From assembly GCA_963766735.1 (NCBI GenBank), contig CAVYBU010000008.1:96001-160000 (forward strand): a stretch of 64,000 nt of DNA, written 5' to 3'. A program made the translations under genes and the position numbers. The notes under the pieces were generated by a model that made no database searches, was not told the origin of the DNA, and worked only from the letters and a program-made list of their open reading frames with translations. Each line of letters begins with the position of its first letter. The first letter of the stretch is position 1. Positions 19,498-28,644 of this stretch are shown piece after piece. Source of the DNA: an uncultured Chloroflexia bacterium. Lineage in GTDB: Bacteria; Chloroflexota; Limnocylindria; Limnocylindrales; CSP1-4.

Positions 19498-20637
19498 TCA
19501 GGGCGGCGCTGCGACCGGCAGGCGGACCTCGAAACGTGCTCCCGCACCCGGCTCGTTCGCTGCCGTCACTGTCCCGCCCTGAGCTTCCACCAGCGACCTG
19601 GCGATCGCCAGCCCGAGGCCGGACGTCCCGGTCGAGCGGTCGCGCGACTCGTCGGCCTGGTAGAAGCGGTCGAAGACGTGTGCGAGGTCCGCTTCCGCAA
19701 CGCCGGGCCCGGAGTCCACGACCGCCAGCACCGACCAGGCGCCCTCGGCGCGCGCCTCCAGCTTCACCCAGCCCCCCGTGGGCGCGTGGCGCAGCGCGTT
19801 GTCCACGAGGGCTGACAGGACCTGGCGCAGGCGATCCGGATCTGCGACCACGACCGGCGCACCCACGGTCCGGGAGGTCACGGTGATCGCCGCGACGGTC
19901 GCTCGAGGCTGCATGTCGCGCGCGATGGCGTCAAGGAGCGCGTCCACGTCCATGCGCTCGCGCCGGAGCGGCAGCGTGCCGGCATCGGCCAGGCTCACGG
20001 TGCGCAGGTCGTCCACGATCCGTCCCAGGAGCCGCGACTGGGTGCGGATCGTCTCCAGGTGAAGGTCGTCGTGGGGATAGACGCCATCCAGGACCGCGGA
20101 GGTCGTCGCGTCGATGACGGCGAGCGGCGTCTTGAGCTCATGGGCCGCGTCCTGGAAGAACCGGCGACGCGTCGTCTCGGCCGCCTGCAGCTCCGCGGCC
20201 ATGCCGTCGAACGAGCGCCCGAGCGAGCCGATCTCGTCCCTGCGGTCGCCCAGCCCAGAGCGTACTTCGGTCCGGCCGCGGGCGATCTCCGCCGCGGCGT
20301 GCTCCAGCCGGCCGAGCGGGCGCGTCATCCGCGTCGCCAGGAAGACTCCGAGCAGGGACGCCACGATCGCGGCCACCGCGGCGACCGCGATGATCGTCTC
20401 CGTGGTCTCCTGCTGGACCTGAGCGGCGTGCTGCCCACCCATGCCCGCGCCCGCGCCGCCGCCGCGCCCGGCGCCGATCCCTCCGCCCATGCCACCGCCC
20501 ACGGCGCCTGCTGCCGGGTCGGCCTGCATGGCCGCGAAGCCGCGGCCGACGATCGTGGGCGCGGTGAGCGCGATTGCGACCGCGGTGAGGATGGCCACCA
20601 GCGCGAACGCTGCCGCCAGCCGGGTGCGGAGGCTCAC
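19498..20637 (-). CDS. HAMP sensor histidine kinase (BaeS-like)
   Basis: Two TM helices, HAMP, AAHELKTPL, DSGPG, FYQAD, GLGLAI. Confidence 0.93.
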   Translation of the reverse strand: MSLRTRLAAAFALVAILTAVAIALTAPTIVGRGFAAMQADPAAGAVGGGMGGGIGAGRGGGAGAGMGGQHAAQVQQETTETIIAVAAVAAIVASLLGVFLATRMTRPLGRLEHAAAEIARGRTEVRSGLGDRRDEIGSLGRSFDGMAAELQAAETTRRRFFQDAAHELKTPLAVIDATTSAVLDGVYPHDDLHLETIRTQSRLLGRIVDDLRTVSLADAGTLPLRRERMDVDALLDAIARDMQPRATVAAITVTSRTVGAPVVVADPDRLRQVLSALVDNALRHAPTGGWVKLEARAEGAWSVLAVVDSGPGVAEADLAHVFDRFYQADESRDRSTGTSGLGLAIARSLVEAQGGTVTAANEPGAGARFEVRLPVAAPP

Positions 20638-21362
20638 TGCCGCGCTCCCCGGTAGCCCACGCCACGGACAGTCTCCACGTACGGCGCCCCGGCGGACCGC
20701 GTCCCGAGCTTGTGGCGGAGGTTCTTGACGTGGCTGTCGATCGTGCGGTCGAAGGCGTCGAAGGTCTCGCCGAAGACCCGCTCGCCCAGCTGCTCGCGCG
20801 TGAGAGCGGTGCCGGGATGGGTGGCGAAGGTCACGAGCAGGTCGAACTCGGCTCTGGTCAGCGGGATCACCTCGCCGTCGCCCCGGCTGACCTCGCGGGC
20901 CGCCCGATCGATCTCCAGGTCGAGCCAGCGCTCGGACGTCGCGCTGGTCTCCGCAGGCTCGGGCGAGCGCGCTGTGCCCGTCGGGCCGAGGCGGCGGAGC
21001 ACGGCCCCGACCCGGGCCGCCAGCTCGCGGGGCTCGAACGGCTTGGTGACGTAGTCATCCGCGCCGATCTCCAGGCCTGCCACACGGTCGATGACGTCGT
21101 CGCGGGCGGTCAGCATGATCACGGCGGCTCCGCTGCCGCTCGCACGAAGCTCCCTGAGCACCTCGAAGCCGGACCGGCGGGGGAGCATCACGTCCAGCAC
21201 CACCAGGTCCGGCACGGTCTCGCGGGCCAGCTCCAGCGCCGTCTCGCCGTCCGCCGCCGTCACGACGTCATGGCCGTCCCGAACCAGGTAGGCGCGGACG
21301 ACCTCAACGATATGCGGCTCGTCATCGACGACGAGGATCCTCGACATGATTGGCTCCGACAT
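20634..21362 (-). CDS. OmpR-family response regulator
   Basis: ILVVDDEP, LDVMLP, GADDYVTKPF, RTIDSHVKNLR, TVRGVGY; alternative start 21347. Confidence 0.93.
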   Translation of the reverse strand: MSEPIMSRILVVDDEPHIVEVVRAYLVRDGHDVVTAADGETALELARETVPDLVVLDVMLPRRSGFEVLRELRASGSGAAVIMLTARDDVIDRVAGLEIGADDYVTKPFEPRELAARVGAVLRRLGPTGTARSPEPAETSATSERWLDLEIDRAAREVSRGDGEVIPLTRAEFDLLVTFATHPGTALTREQLGERVFGETFDAFDRTIDSHVKNLRHKLGTRSAGAPYVETVRGVGYRGARQ

Positions 21363-21418
21363 GACGGGACGGCCGGGACCGGGCTGGTCCGGGCCGTCCC
21401 CATTCTCGGCGTTCTCCG

Positions 21419-21967
21419 CTACGGCGTCGTGCCGGTCCCGGGCACGACGCCGGTGCAGGTCCCGTTGCCGGCCCCACGCATCCCGCTCATGCCACCACCG
21501 TAGGTGCCACGACCGTTGAGGCCGCGGCCGGCGCCCATCCCGCCACCGTCCATCCCACGACCGGCGCCGATGGCCGCGCCCCGCATGCCGCCCGGCGCTG
21601 CCTGGTTGACCATGGACTTCGCCTGGACCGCCAGGTTCGCCTTGAGCGCGGTTGCCTGGTCGGCCGTGAGCGCGCCAGCGGCGACGCGGGCGTCGATCCG
21701 CGCGCTCCACTGGGCAACGAGCGCGTCGATCAGCTCCTGGGGATCGACCTTCTGCTGCTCTGCGATCTGGGCCAGCGTGAGGCCGTCGTGCCGCAGCTCC
21801 ATCACCTGCGCGGAGGTGAGCCCCAGGATCTCCGTGAGTGCCTGGTCGCGGGCGACCGGGCCGCCCATGCCCATGCGAGTCGGGGCGGGCGAGGCCGCGG
21901 AGACGGCTGCGGCCACGGCAAGGATCGCGAGTGCCGCGATCGAGAGGGAGATGGCGAGTCGTCGCAT
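21419..21967 (-). CDS. Secreted Gly/Met-rich hypothetical protein
   Basis: Signal peptide MRRLAISL..AVSA; G.TLAQIA helical core; GM-rich tail ending GNGTCTG. Confidence 0.75.
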   Translation of the reverse strand: MRRLAISLSIAALAILAVAAAVSAASPAPTRMGMGGPVARDQALTEILGLTSAQVMELRHDGLTLAQIAEQQKVDPQELIDALVAQWSARIDARVAAGALTADQATALKANLAVQAKSMVNQAAPGGMRGAAIGAGRGMDGGGMGAGRGLNGRGTYGGGMSGMRGAGNGTCTGVVPGTGTTP

Positions 21968-22103
21968 CGGGTTTGTGGCCTCCCGGCCGATAGGGTCGCG
22001 GCCGGCGGACCGGCGACACCACTCTCGGCGTCGGTTCAGATCCTCGGGCGCATCCGTGGAGGCGGGATGGAGCCTGCGTGGAGGCTGCGCGGAGACCGCA
22101 GCG

Positions 22104-22663
22104 TCAGGTGGGACAGGCTCCACCGCGTATGCGCAGCCGGATCCGCCACGCCGCCGTCACGGCCAGCAGCACGAGCGACGCGGCGCCCAGGATGGGTTGC
22201 AGCGGGGCCCAGATCGAGAGGGCGCCGCTCCAGCCGAGCAGCACCAGGGCGATCTTGTTGCACACCGGGCAGCCGATCGCGAGAAAGGCACCCACGCCGC
22301 CGATCGTGCCGAGCGTCGAGGACCGGCGCTCCTCGTCCGGCCGGACGGGCTGAAGGGGCTGGAGGGAAGCGATCCGGCAGGCTGCAGCGCTCCGGTAGAT
22401 TGCAGGCCACCAGCGGGCTGCACGCCCCCAATGGGAGCGAACTGCAGGGGCTGCGCACGTGCGGCGGGCAGCGGGGCGGTGTAGGTCGCTCCGACGATCC
22501 CGATCAGCGGCGAGGACAGGAGCCAGACGGCGATCGCGAACGCCTCCGGCGGGATCTGGCGCCCGAACACGGGGTTCGGGATGATGGCCGTCACCATCCC
22601 GTAGCCGACGAACGCGACCAGGGTCCACGCGAGCGCGTGGAGCCGGAAGCGCCCGTCGATCAC
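22104..22663 (-). CDS. Membrane protein with GCPVCNK motif (frameshift near 22360)
   Basis: N-half (TAIIPNPVFGRQIP) in ORF 22157..22687 and C-half (FLAIGCPVCNKIAL..APLQP) in ORF 22104..22628. Confidence 0.7.
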
Positions 22664-22709
22664 GAGCGGACAGGAGCGGGGTAGCACGATCCGGCCTCCG
22701 GGAGCTCGG

Positions 22710-23213
22710 TCAGCCGGCGACCGAAGCGGTGGCGGGCGTGGGGTCGTGGTGCGGGCCTTCGACCAGGACGTCGCCGGACTCCTCGGCGCCCGTGACCGCG
22801 TCGATCAGGAGGTATCCGTGGTGGATCTCCACGGCGCCACTGGCGAGCGTGGCCCCCACGGCGCAGTACTTCGTGGCGGAGAGCTCGATCGCCCGGCGAA
22901 CCGCGTCGACGTCCACGCCGGTTCCCTCGACGACGTGCGTGACGTCCAGGCGGGTGAACGCGTTCGGGTGGGCATCCATCTGCGTGCCGCCGACCTCGAT
23001 CCGGTAGCCGCTGACGTCCTGGCGCTTCTTGCGCAGGATCGAGATGACATCCATGCCGGTGCAGCTGGCCAGCGCGATGGGGAGGAGCTCGGACGGGCGC
23101 ATGCCGGCGTCGCCCTCGCCGCTGTCAAGGACGATCGAGTGGCCGCTTCCGGCGCTGGCGCTGAAACGGAGGCCGTCGCCCTCGAGGGTGACGATCGCGG
23201 TCTTGAGGGCCAT
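22710..23213 (-). CDS. OsmC family protein (YhfA-like)
   Basis: RPSELL..LASCTGMDV.SILRKKRQ and AIELSATKYCAV. Confidence 0.92.
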   Translation of the reverse strand: MALKTAIVTLEGDGLRFSASAGSGHSIVLDSGEGDAGMRPSELLPIALASCTGMDVISILRKKRQDVSGYRIEVGGTQMDAHPNAFTRLDVTHVVEGTGVDVDAVRRAIELSATKYCAVGATLASGAVEIHHGYLLIDAVTGAEESGDVLVEGPHHDPTPATASVAG

Positions 23214-23297
23214 GGGTATGACTCCGGGCTGGGCGGTCGTTGTCTCCGACCGGGGTTCTGGGTACTGGTCAACGGGCCGCTGGGACAACCATACGCG

Positions 23298-23319
23298 TAG
23301 TTGCGCAATTTCGCAACTA
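23298..23319. promoter_or_regulatory. Inverted repeat TAGTTGCG-N6-CGCAACTA, candidate operator
   Basis: Perfect 8-bp arms in the divergent osmC/mmuM intergenic region. Confidence 0.55.
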
Positions 23320-23429
23320 GAGCGACGGGCACGGCTGGCGGCTGCGAGCGTGGTTTCCGGCATTGCCGGGGTTGCGCCCGCGCGGGCGCGAGGCGTCGCC
23401 CTGCCGGAGGTGGCACGATCGGCCTCGAC

Positions 23430-24371
23430 ATGGATGCCACCCACCTCCGCAGCGTGCTCGCCACCGGCCATCCCGTGCCCCTCGACGGCGGCCTTGCCAC
23501 CCAGCTCGAGGCGCAGGGCGCCGACCTGTCCGACCGCCTCTGGTCTGCACGCCTGCTGATCGAGGAGCCGGAGGCGATCACCGCGGCGCACCTCGCCTTC
23601 TACCGGGCCGGCGCCCGGGTCGCGACCACGGCCAGCTACCAGGCCACGTTCGAGGGGTTCGCGGCGCGGGGGATCGACCGTACCTCGGCCGAGGCGTTGC
23701 TGAGGCGGAGCGTGGCCCTGGCGGTGGAGGCGCGGGCGCGATACCTCACGGAGCTCGAGGGAAGAGGGCTTGCGGAGCAGGCTCCGCTGTTCGTCGCGGG
23801 GTCCATCGGTCCGTACGGCGCCATGCTCGCGGACGGCTCCGAGTACCGCGGCAACTACGGACGATCGGTGGCCGAGCTGGGCGAGTTTCATCGCGCCCGT
23901 CTGGACGTGCTCGTGGACACGTCCGCGGACGTGCTGGCGGTCGAGACCATCCCGGAGCTGGAGGAGATCGAGGCGGTCGCGGCGCTGCTCTCCGACCGGC
24001 CGGCCGCCGCGGCCTGGATCAGCGTCTCCTGTTCGGACGGGGCCAGGCTCCGCGGCGGCGCCACCGTGGAGGAGGCCACCCTGGCTGCGGCGGCATCGGC
24101 AGGCGTCGTGGCGGTCGGGGTCAACTGCACGCCCCCGGTCTTCGTGGAGGAGATCGTGGCGAGGATGCGGGCGGTGACAGCGCTCCCGATCGTCGCCTAC
24201 CCGAACAGCGGTGAGGGCTGGGACGCGTCGGCGCGGCGCTGGACCGGGGCCGCATCCGAGCGGGTCGATGCGACGGCCGCCACCCGCTGGCGCGCGGCCG
24301 GGGCCACGCTCGTTGGCGGCTGCTGCCGCGTGACTCCGGACCAGATCACCGCGCTCGTCGCGGGGCTCTGA
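23430..24371 (+). CDS. mmuM: Homocysteine S-methyltransferase
   Basis: LDGGLATQLE, WSARLL, GSIGPYGA.LADGSEY, GVNC, YPNSGE, VGGCC. Confidence 0.93.
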   Translation: MDATHLRSVLATGHPVPLDGGLATQLEAQGADLSDRLWSARLLIEEPEAITAAHLAFYRAGARVATTASYQATFEGFAARGIDRTSAEALLRRSVALAVEARARYLTELEGRGLAEQAPLFVAGSIGPYGAMLADGSEYRGNYGRSVAELGEFHRARLDVLVDTSADVLAVETIPELEEIEAVAALLSDRPAAAAWISVSCSDGARLRGGATVEEATLAAAASAGVVAVGVNCTPPVFVEEIVARMRAVTALPIVAYPNSGEGWDASARRWTGAASERVDATAATRWRAAGATLVGGCCRVTPDQITALVAGL

Positions 24372-24492
24372 CGCTCGCGCGGGCCCGCTCCGACGCACCC
24401 GCCGGGCACGGCAGCACCAATCGGCGCAGTCGGGTGACAATGGGCGTCGTTCAGCCACCGTCCACCACCCGTCCCACAGGAGGTCAGCCAGC

Positions 24493-25155
24493 GTGATCCG
24501 TGGCCTCGCGTCCCTCGCCCTGATCCTGGTCGTCGCGGGTTGCGGCGGGTCATCGGCCAACCCTGCCGCCAGCGGTCCCGCTGCCTCGCCTCTGCCCGCG
24601 GGCACCTACACGTCGTCGGCGTTCCAGCCGCCGGTCAGCTACACCCTGCCCGATGGGTGGACGCTCGCCTCGGACACCGCTGGATATCTGCAGCTCCACC
24701 CCGTTGAGACCGATCTGATGGGCCTTCACCTCTTCCGGGACGTCCTCGCCGCGTCGCAGGATCCCTCCTGCCCCACGACCCCCGAGCCCGGCGTCGGCAC
24801 GACCTCATCGGAGCTCGTGACATGGATGCGCAGCCTCCCGGGCCTGTCGGTTGGAGCACCCGTGATGGTCACCGTGGGCGGGTTGCGCGGGACCGCGGTT
24901 GACGTCGCGATTGCCCCCGGCTGGACCCAGTCGTGCTCGTTTGCCAACGGTCTCCCGACGGTGCCGCTTCTCACCAACGGAGCGGACCTGCGATGGGTCG
25001 TGGCCGGAAGCGAGCGCCTCCGCCTGTACGTGCTCGACCTGCCCGACGGCGGGACCGTGATCGCGGACCTGGACGCGTTCGACGGTGACCTGTACGGCCC
25101 CCTCATCAACGCCGGGGTGCCGATCGTGAAGTCGCTCCAGTTCGCGACCGGGTGA
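24493..25155 (+). CDS. Hypothetical lipoprotein
   Basis: Lipobox VVAGC after a hydrophobic stretch. Confidence 0.75.
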   Translation: MIRGLASLALILVVAGCGGSSANPAASGPAASPLPAGTYTSSAFQPPVSYTLPDGWTLASDTAGYLQLHPVETDLMGLHLFRDVLAASQDPSCPTTPEPGVGTTSSELVTWMRSLPGLSVGAPVMVTVGGLRGTAVDVAIAPGWTQSCSFANGLPTVPLLTNGADLRWVVAGSERLRLYVLDLPDGGTVIADLDAFDGDLYGPLINAGVPIVKSLQFATG

Positions 25156-25871
25156 GCGGCGCGGCGATGGGCATCAACGGCCGTGTGCTGGCGCTCGTCC
25201 CGGGGTACGAGGAAGGTCCGCGGATCGGTACCGTGGTGGAGGCGGCGCTGCAGCACCTACCCGTGCTGGTCGTGGACGACGGCTCGACCGACGACACGGC
25301 GGCCGCCGCAGAGGCCGCGGGCGCGGAGGTCATCCGCCAGAGCCCGAACCAGGGCAAGGGGGCGGCGCTCCGTGCCGGCTTCCGGCACGCGCTGGACGCC
25401 GGCTACGACGCGGTCCTCACCCTCGACGCCGATGGGCAGCACGACCCGGACGAGATCCCGCGGTTCATCGCCGCATTCGGCGCCTCGGGCCGCCCCGGCG
25501 CCTCGGGCCCCCGCCCAGAGCTGATCATCGGCTGCCGCGACTTCTCGCGGATGCCGGCCGTGCGGCGGCTGTCCAACACGGTGGGCACGGCCGCCTTCTC
25601 CTGGGCGGTGGGTCGTCAGGTGCCGGACAACCAGTCGGGGTACCGGCTCCTGGGCCGGCGACTGATGACCGCGATGCTGGACAGCCACGAGACGGGTTTC
25701 GAGTTCGAGGTGGAGATGATCGCCGTCTGCATCCGCAGCGGCTGGACGCTGGGCTGGGTGCCGATCTCGACGATCTACGCGGGAGCCCCGAGCCACGTGA
25801 AGCCGGTGGCGCACCTCCGGCACTTCATCCGGGCCACCAGGGCGGCACGCAGGCTGGTCCGCCGTCCGTGA
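25152..25871 (+). CDS. Glycosyltransferase family 2 (DPM1-like)
   Basis: VVDDGSTD, NQGKGAAL, LDADGQHDP, DNQSGYR. Confidence 0.92.
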   Translation: MSGAAMGINGRVLALVPGYEEGPRIGTVVEAALQHLPVLVVDDGSTDDTAAAAEAAGAEVIRQSPNQGKGAALRAGFRHALDAGYDAVLTLDADGQHDPDEIPRFIAAFGASGRPGASGPRPELIIGCRDFSRMPAVRRLSNTVGTAAFSWAVGRQVPDNQSGYRLLGRRLMTAMLDSHETGFEFEVEMIAVCIRSGWTLGWVPISTIYAGAPSHVKPVAHLRHFIRATRAARRLVRRP

Positions 25872-26037
25872 GCCGGGAGGCGGGCAACCCGTGCCCGCGC
25901 CGCCCTCCACCTCGAATGTGCCTCGGGACCCTGTGCATAAGGCAACTTCACCCGCCCTCCACCCGGACTGAAGCCTCAGGCCTCATGCTTCGTGGTGCCG
26001 ACCTTGTCCCGGCGTGTGCCGCGAACCCGAAAGACGA

Positions 26038-27456
26038 ATGACCGAGCCCAACGACCAGCCCATCCCGCCGGCCTACCCCGCCGTCGCCTCGGCCCACCCC
26101 GCCGCGCCGGAGCCACCCGCGCCGGAGCCACCCGCGCCGCCCATGGTGCCGACCGCGCCCATCGCATCCATGCCACCCGCGCCCGCCGGGAGCAGGGGTG
26201 TCTCGCGCGGCCTCATCGCGGTGCTTGCGCCCGTTCTGGCGGTCGTCGTCTTCTCCGGCGGCGTGTTCTTCGGACGTGCCAACCTGGGACCGGACGGTGC
26301 TTCTGCAACGTCTTCCCCGGTCTCCTCGGACGAGAGCGCGAACCTCGCGCTGATCGAGGAGGCGTGGCGCGCGATCCAGGACAACTACGTCGACGCCACG
26401 AACCTTGACGACAAGACTCTGGCGTACGGTGCCATCCGGGGCATGACCAACGAGGTCGGCGACGAAGGGCATACGTCGTTCATGACCGGCGCGGAGGTCA
26501 AGGCATCCGACGAGTCCCTGTCCGGCACCTTCACCGGGATCGGTGTCCAGCTGTCCGGGAGCGAGCTTCCGCCCGTGATCGGCGCGGTCATTCCCAATAC
26601 GCCTGCCGAGGAGGCGGGTCTCCTGCGCGGCGACCGGATCCTGGCGGTGGACGGCACCACCACCGACGGCGAGACCATCGACCAGGTCGTTGCCCGGGTT
26701 CGCGGGCCTGACGGCGAGCCGGTCACGCTGACGGTGGGACGGAGCGGCACGGCGGATTTCGACGTCACCATCGTCCGCCGCAAATTCGACCTGCCCCTGG
26801 TCAGCTGGGCCATGGTTCCCGGAAGGAACGTCGCGATGATCCGCCTGGAGCAGTTTGCGACGGGATCCACCAAGGCTCTGAAGGACGCCATCACGAGCGC
26901 GAAGGCGGCCGGCGCGACTGCGCTCATCTTCGATCTGCGGTTCAACCCCGGCGGCTACGTGACCGAGGCGGTGGGCGTCGCCAGCCAGTTCCTGTCCGAG
27001 GGCATCGTCTACCAGTCCCTTGATCGCTCGGGCAAGCACGAGGACGCCGCGATCGAGCCCGGCGGCCTGGCCACGGACATCCCGCTTGTCGTCCTCGCGG
27101 ACGGCGACACGGCAAGCGCCGCCGAGATCGTCACCGGGGCGATCCAGGACGCGGGACGGGGCACGGTCGTGGGCGTCAAGACGTTCGGGACCGGAACCGT
27201 GCTGGGGCGCTTCGACCTGGCCGACGGATCCGCGCTCCGGATCGGCGTCGAGCGCTGGCTCACGCGCAACGGACGGCCGATCTGGCATGAGGGTCTGGAC
27301 CCGGACGTGAAGGTGGAGCTGCCCACGGCCGCAACGGCCGACCCGCTGGTTCCGCTCGTCCCCTACCTCCTGCGCGACATGACAGCGGCGCAGTTGGCGG
27401 CGTCCACGGACACCCAGCTGAAGAAGGCGCTGGAGCTGCTCAAGGGCGACGGCTAG
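26038..27456 (+). CDS. S41 carboxyl-terminal processing protease (CtpA-like)
   Basis: N-terminal TM, PDZ domain, DLRFNPGG, TASAAEI, KTFG. Confidence 0.92.
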   Translation: MTEPNDQPIPPAYPAVASAHPAAPEPPAPEPPAPPMVPTAPIASMPPAPAGSRGVSRGLIAVLAPVLAVVVFSGGVFFGRANLGPDGASATSSPVSSDESANLALIEEAWRAIQDNYVDATNLDDKTLAYGAIRGMTNEVGDEGHTSFMTGAEVKASDESLSGTFTGIGVQLSGSELPPVIGAVIPNTPAEEAGLLRGDRILAVDGTTTDGETIDQVVARVRGPDGEPVTLTVGRSGTADFDVTIVRRKFDLPLVSWAMVPGRNVAMIRLEQFATGSTKALKDAITSAKAAGATALIFDLRFNPGGYVTEAVGVASQFLSEGIVYQSLDRSGKHEDAAIEPGGLATDIPLVVLADGDTASAAEIVTGAIQDAGRGTVVGVKTFGTGTVLGRFDLADGSALRIGVERWLTRNGRPIWHEGLDPDVKVELPTAATADPLVPLVPYLLRDMTAAQLAASTDTQLKKALELLKGDG

Positions 27457-27475
27457 AGAAAAGGTCCGGAAACGA

Positions 27476-27506
27476 GGATGACCGCCGGCGGTGCCGGCGG
27501 TCATCC
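27476..27506. terminator. Hairpin between convergent genes
   Basis: GGATGACCGCCGGC-GGT-GCCGGCGGTCATCC, perfect 14-bp stem. Confidence 0.65.
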
Positions 27507-27536
27507 CGCTCTGGGTCAAGGTTTGCGACAGCCGGG

Positions 27537-27746
27537 CTATCCAGCCGCCGTGCGCGAAGCCGCCACGTGGCGGCTCCAATCCGAGGTCCTTCCGTCGGGC
27601 ATCACGGAGCTGCCGGTCCAGCCGCAGACACAGGTCACTTCCTGGTCCCGGTGGCGGTACTCCGCGATCACGTGACGGCGCGGATCCGGCTCACTTGCCG
27701 GACGTCGCGGCGGTAGCCCGTTGCCGGGCCGCCGGACCTCGGTCAT
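27537..27746 (-). CDS. Small hypothetical protein with H..CVCGW..H putative zinc site
   Basis: 69-aa ORF starting 5 nt after the zinc-ribbon gene stop. Confidence 0.6.
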   Translation of the reverse strand: MTEVRRPGNGLPPRRPASEPDPRRHVIAEYRHRDQEVTCVCGWTGSSVMPDGRTSDWSRHVAASRTAAG

Positions 27747-27751
27747 TCAGC

Positions 27752-28117
27752 CTAGGCCCGGCGCTGCGCGAAGCACGCGCTGCAGTAGACGGGCTTGCCG
27801 GAGGTCGGCCGGAACGGGACCTCGGTCTGCTGGCCACAGGCCGAGCAGGTGGCCGCGAACATCTCGCGGGGGCCGCGGGAGCCGCCGCCGGAGCCGTAGC
27901 CGCCGCCGGAGCTGTAGCCGCCGCCGGAGCTGTAGCCGCCGCCGGAGCTGTAGCCGCCGCCGGCGCTGTCGCCGCGCGAGGCCTTGCGGCTTGCGCGGCA
28001 GGACGGGCAGCGGCGGGGCTCGGTGAACCCGCGCTCGGCGAAGAAATCCTGCTCGCTGGCAGTGAAAGTGAAGGACTGGCTGCAGTCAGCACAGCTGAGC
28101 GTCTTATCGACGTTCAT
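27752..28117 (-). CDS. Zinc-ribbon / CxxC-x17-CxxC domain protein
   Basis: DKTLSCADC..F.FT..EQ.FF..RGF..P.RCPSCR and CSACG..VPFRP...PVYCSACF; GAGGAG Shine-Dalgarno. Confidence 0.93.
   Translation of the reverse strand: MNVDKTLSCADCSQSFTFTASEQDFFAERGFTEPRRCPSCRASRKASRGDSAGGGYSSGGGYSSGGGYSSGGGYGSGGGSRGPREMFAATCSACGQQTEVPFRPTSGKPVYCSACFAQRRA
27881..27962. repeat. 18-bp coding tandem repeat (GGGYSS x about 4)
   Basis: Unit GCCGCCGCCGGAGCTGTA repeated within the zinc-ribbon gene. Confidence 0.85.
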
Positions 28118-28644
28118 GAACGGTCCACTCCTCGTGGTGTGTGCGACGGTATCCGCGATCTGCCTCTGCGGAACCCGTGAGGTGGTGGATCGAGTCTGCC
28201 GTGCGATTGCCTGCGCCCATCGATGGGGCGTTTCGGGAGGATACGCCATCGTGCGAATAACGCAAATGGGAGTTGCGGGATGGTTGCGGCCAGGAGCCAC
28301 GTTCGGGGCCTGGCCAGGCCTCCTGGCGCCTCTCGCGGCATGAGGGCACCCCGGCTGCTGGGGGGATAGCGACCGGGGTGCGGGTAGATGCTACGCCGTC
28401 GGAGACGGCCCGGTCATCAGGGCCCTGCAGGCAGCGACGCCGGCTGGCCCCTGCGACTGCGTCCAGGCGGGCGTTCGATGGCGGCACATCCACGGGCAGG
28501 CGTGGGCGATGGGAAGATACGTGCAACAGCGGCCTGAGAGACAGCTCTGTTCTGCGATCATGAATGCCACAACTTGGGGGATCCCAGCAACTCGACCTGC
28601 GCCGGCCGGCGTCCGCCGCGCGCCCGCATAGAGGTGAACTGGTC

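Noticed and set aside
28271-28644. Long intergenic region possibly holding an ncRNA or riboswitch
   Set aside because: No recognisable aptamer or tRNA consensus on either strand by eye
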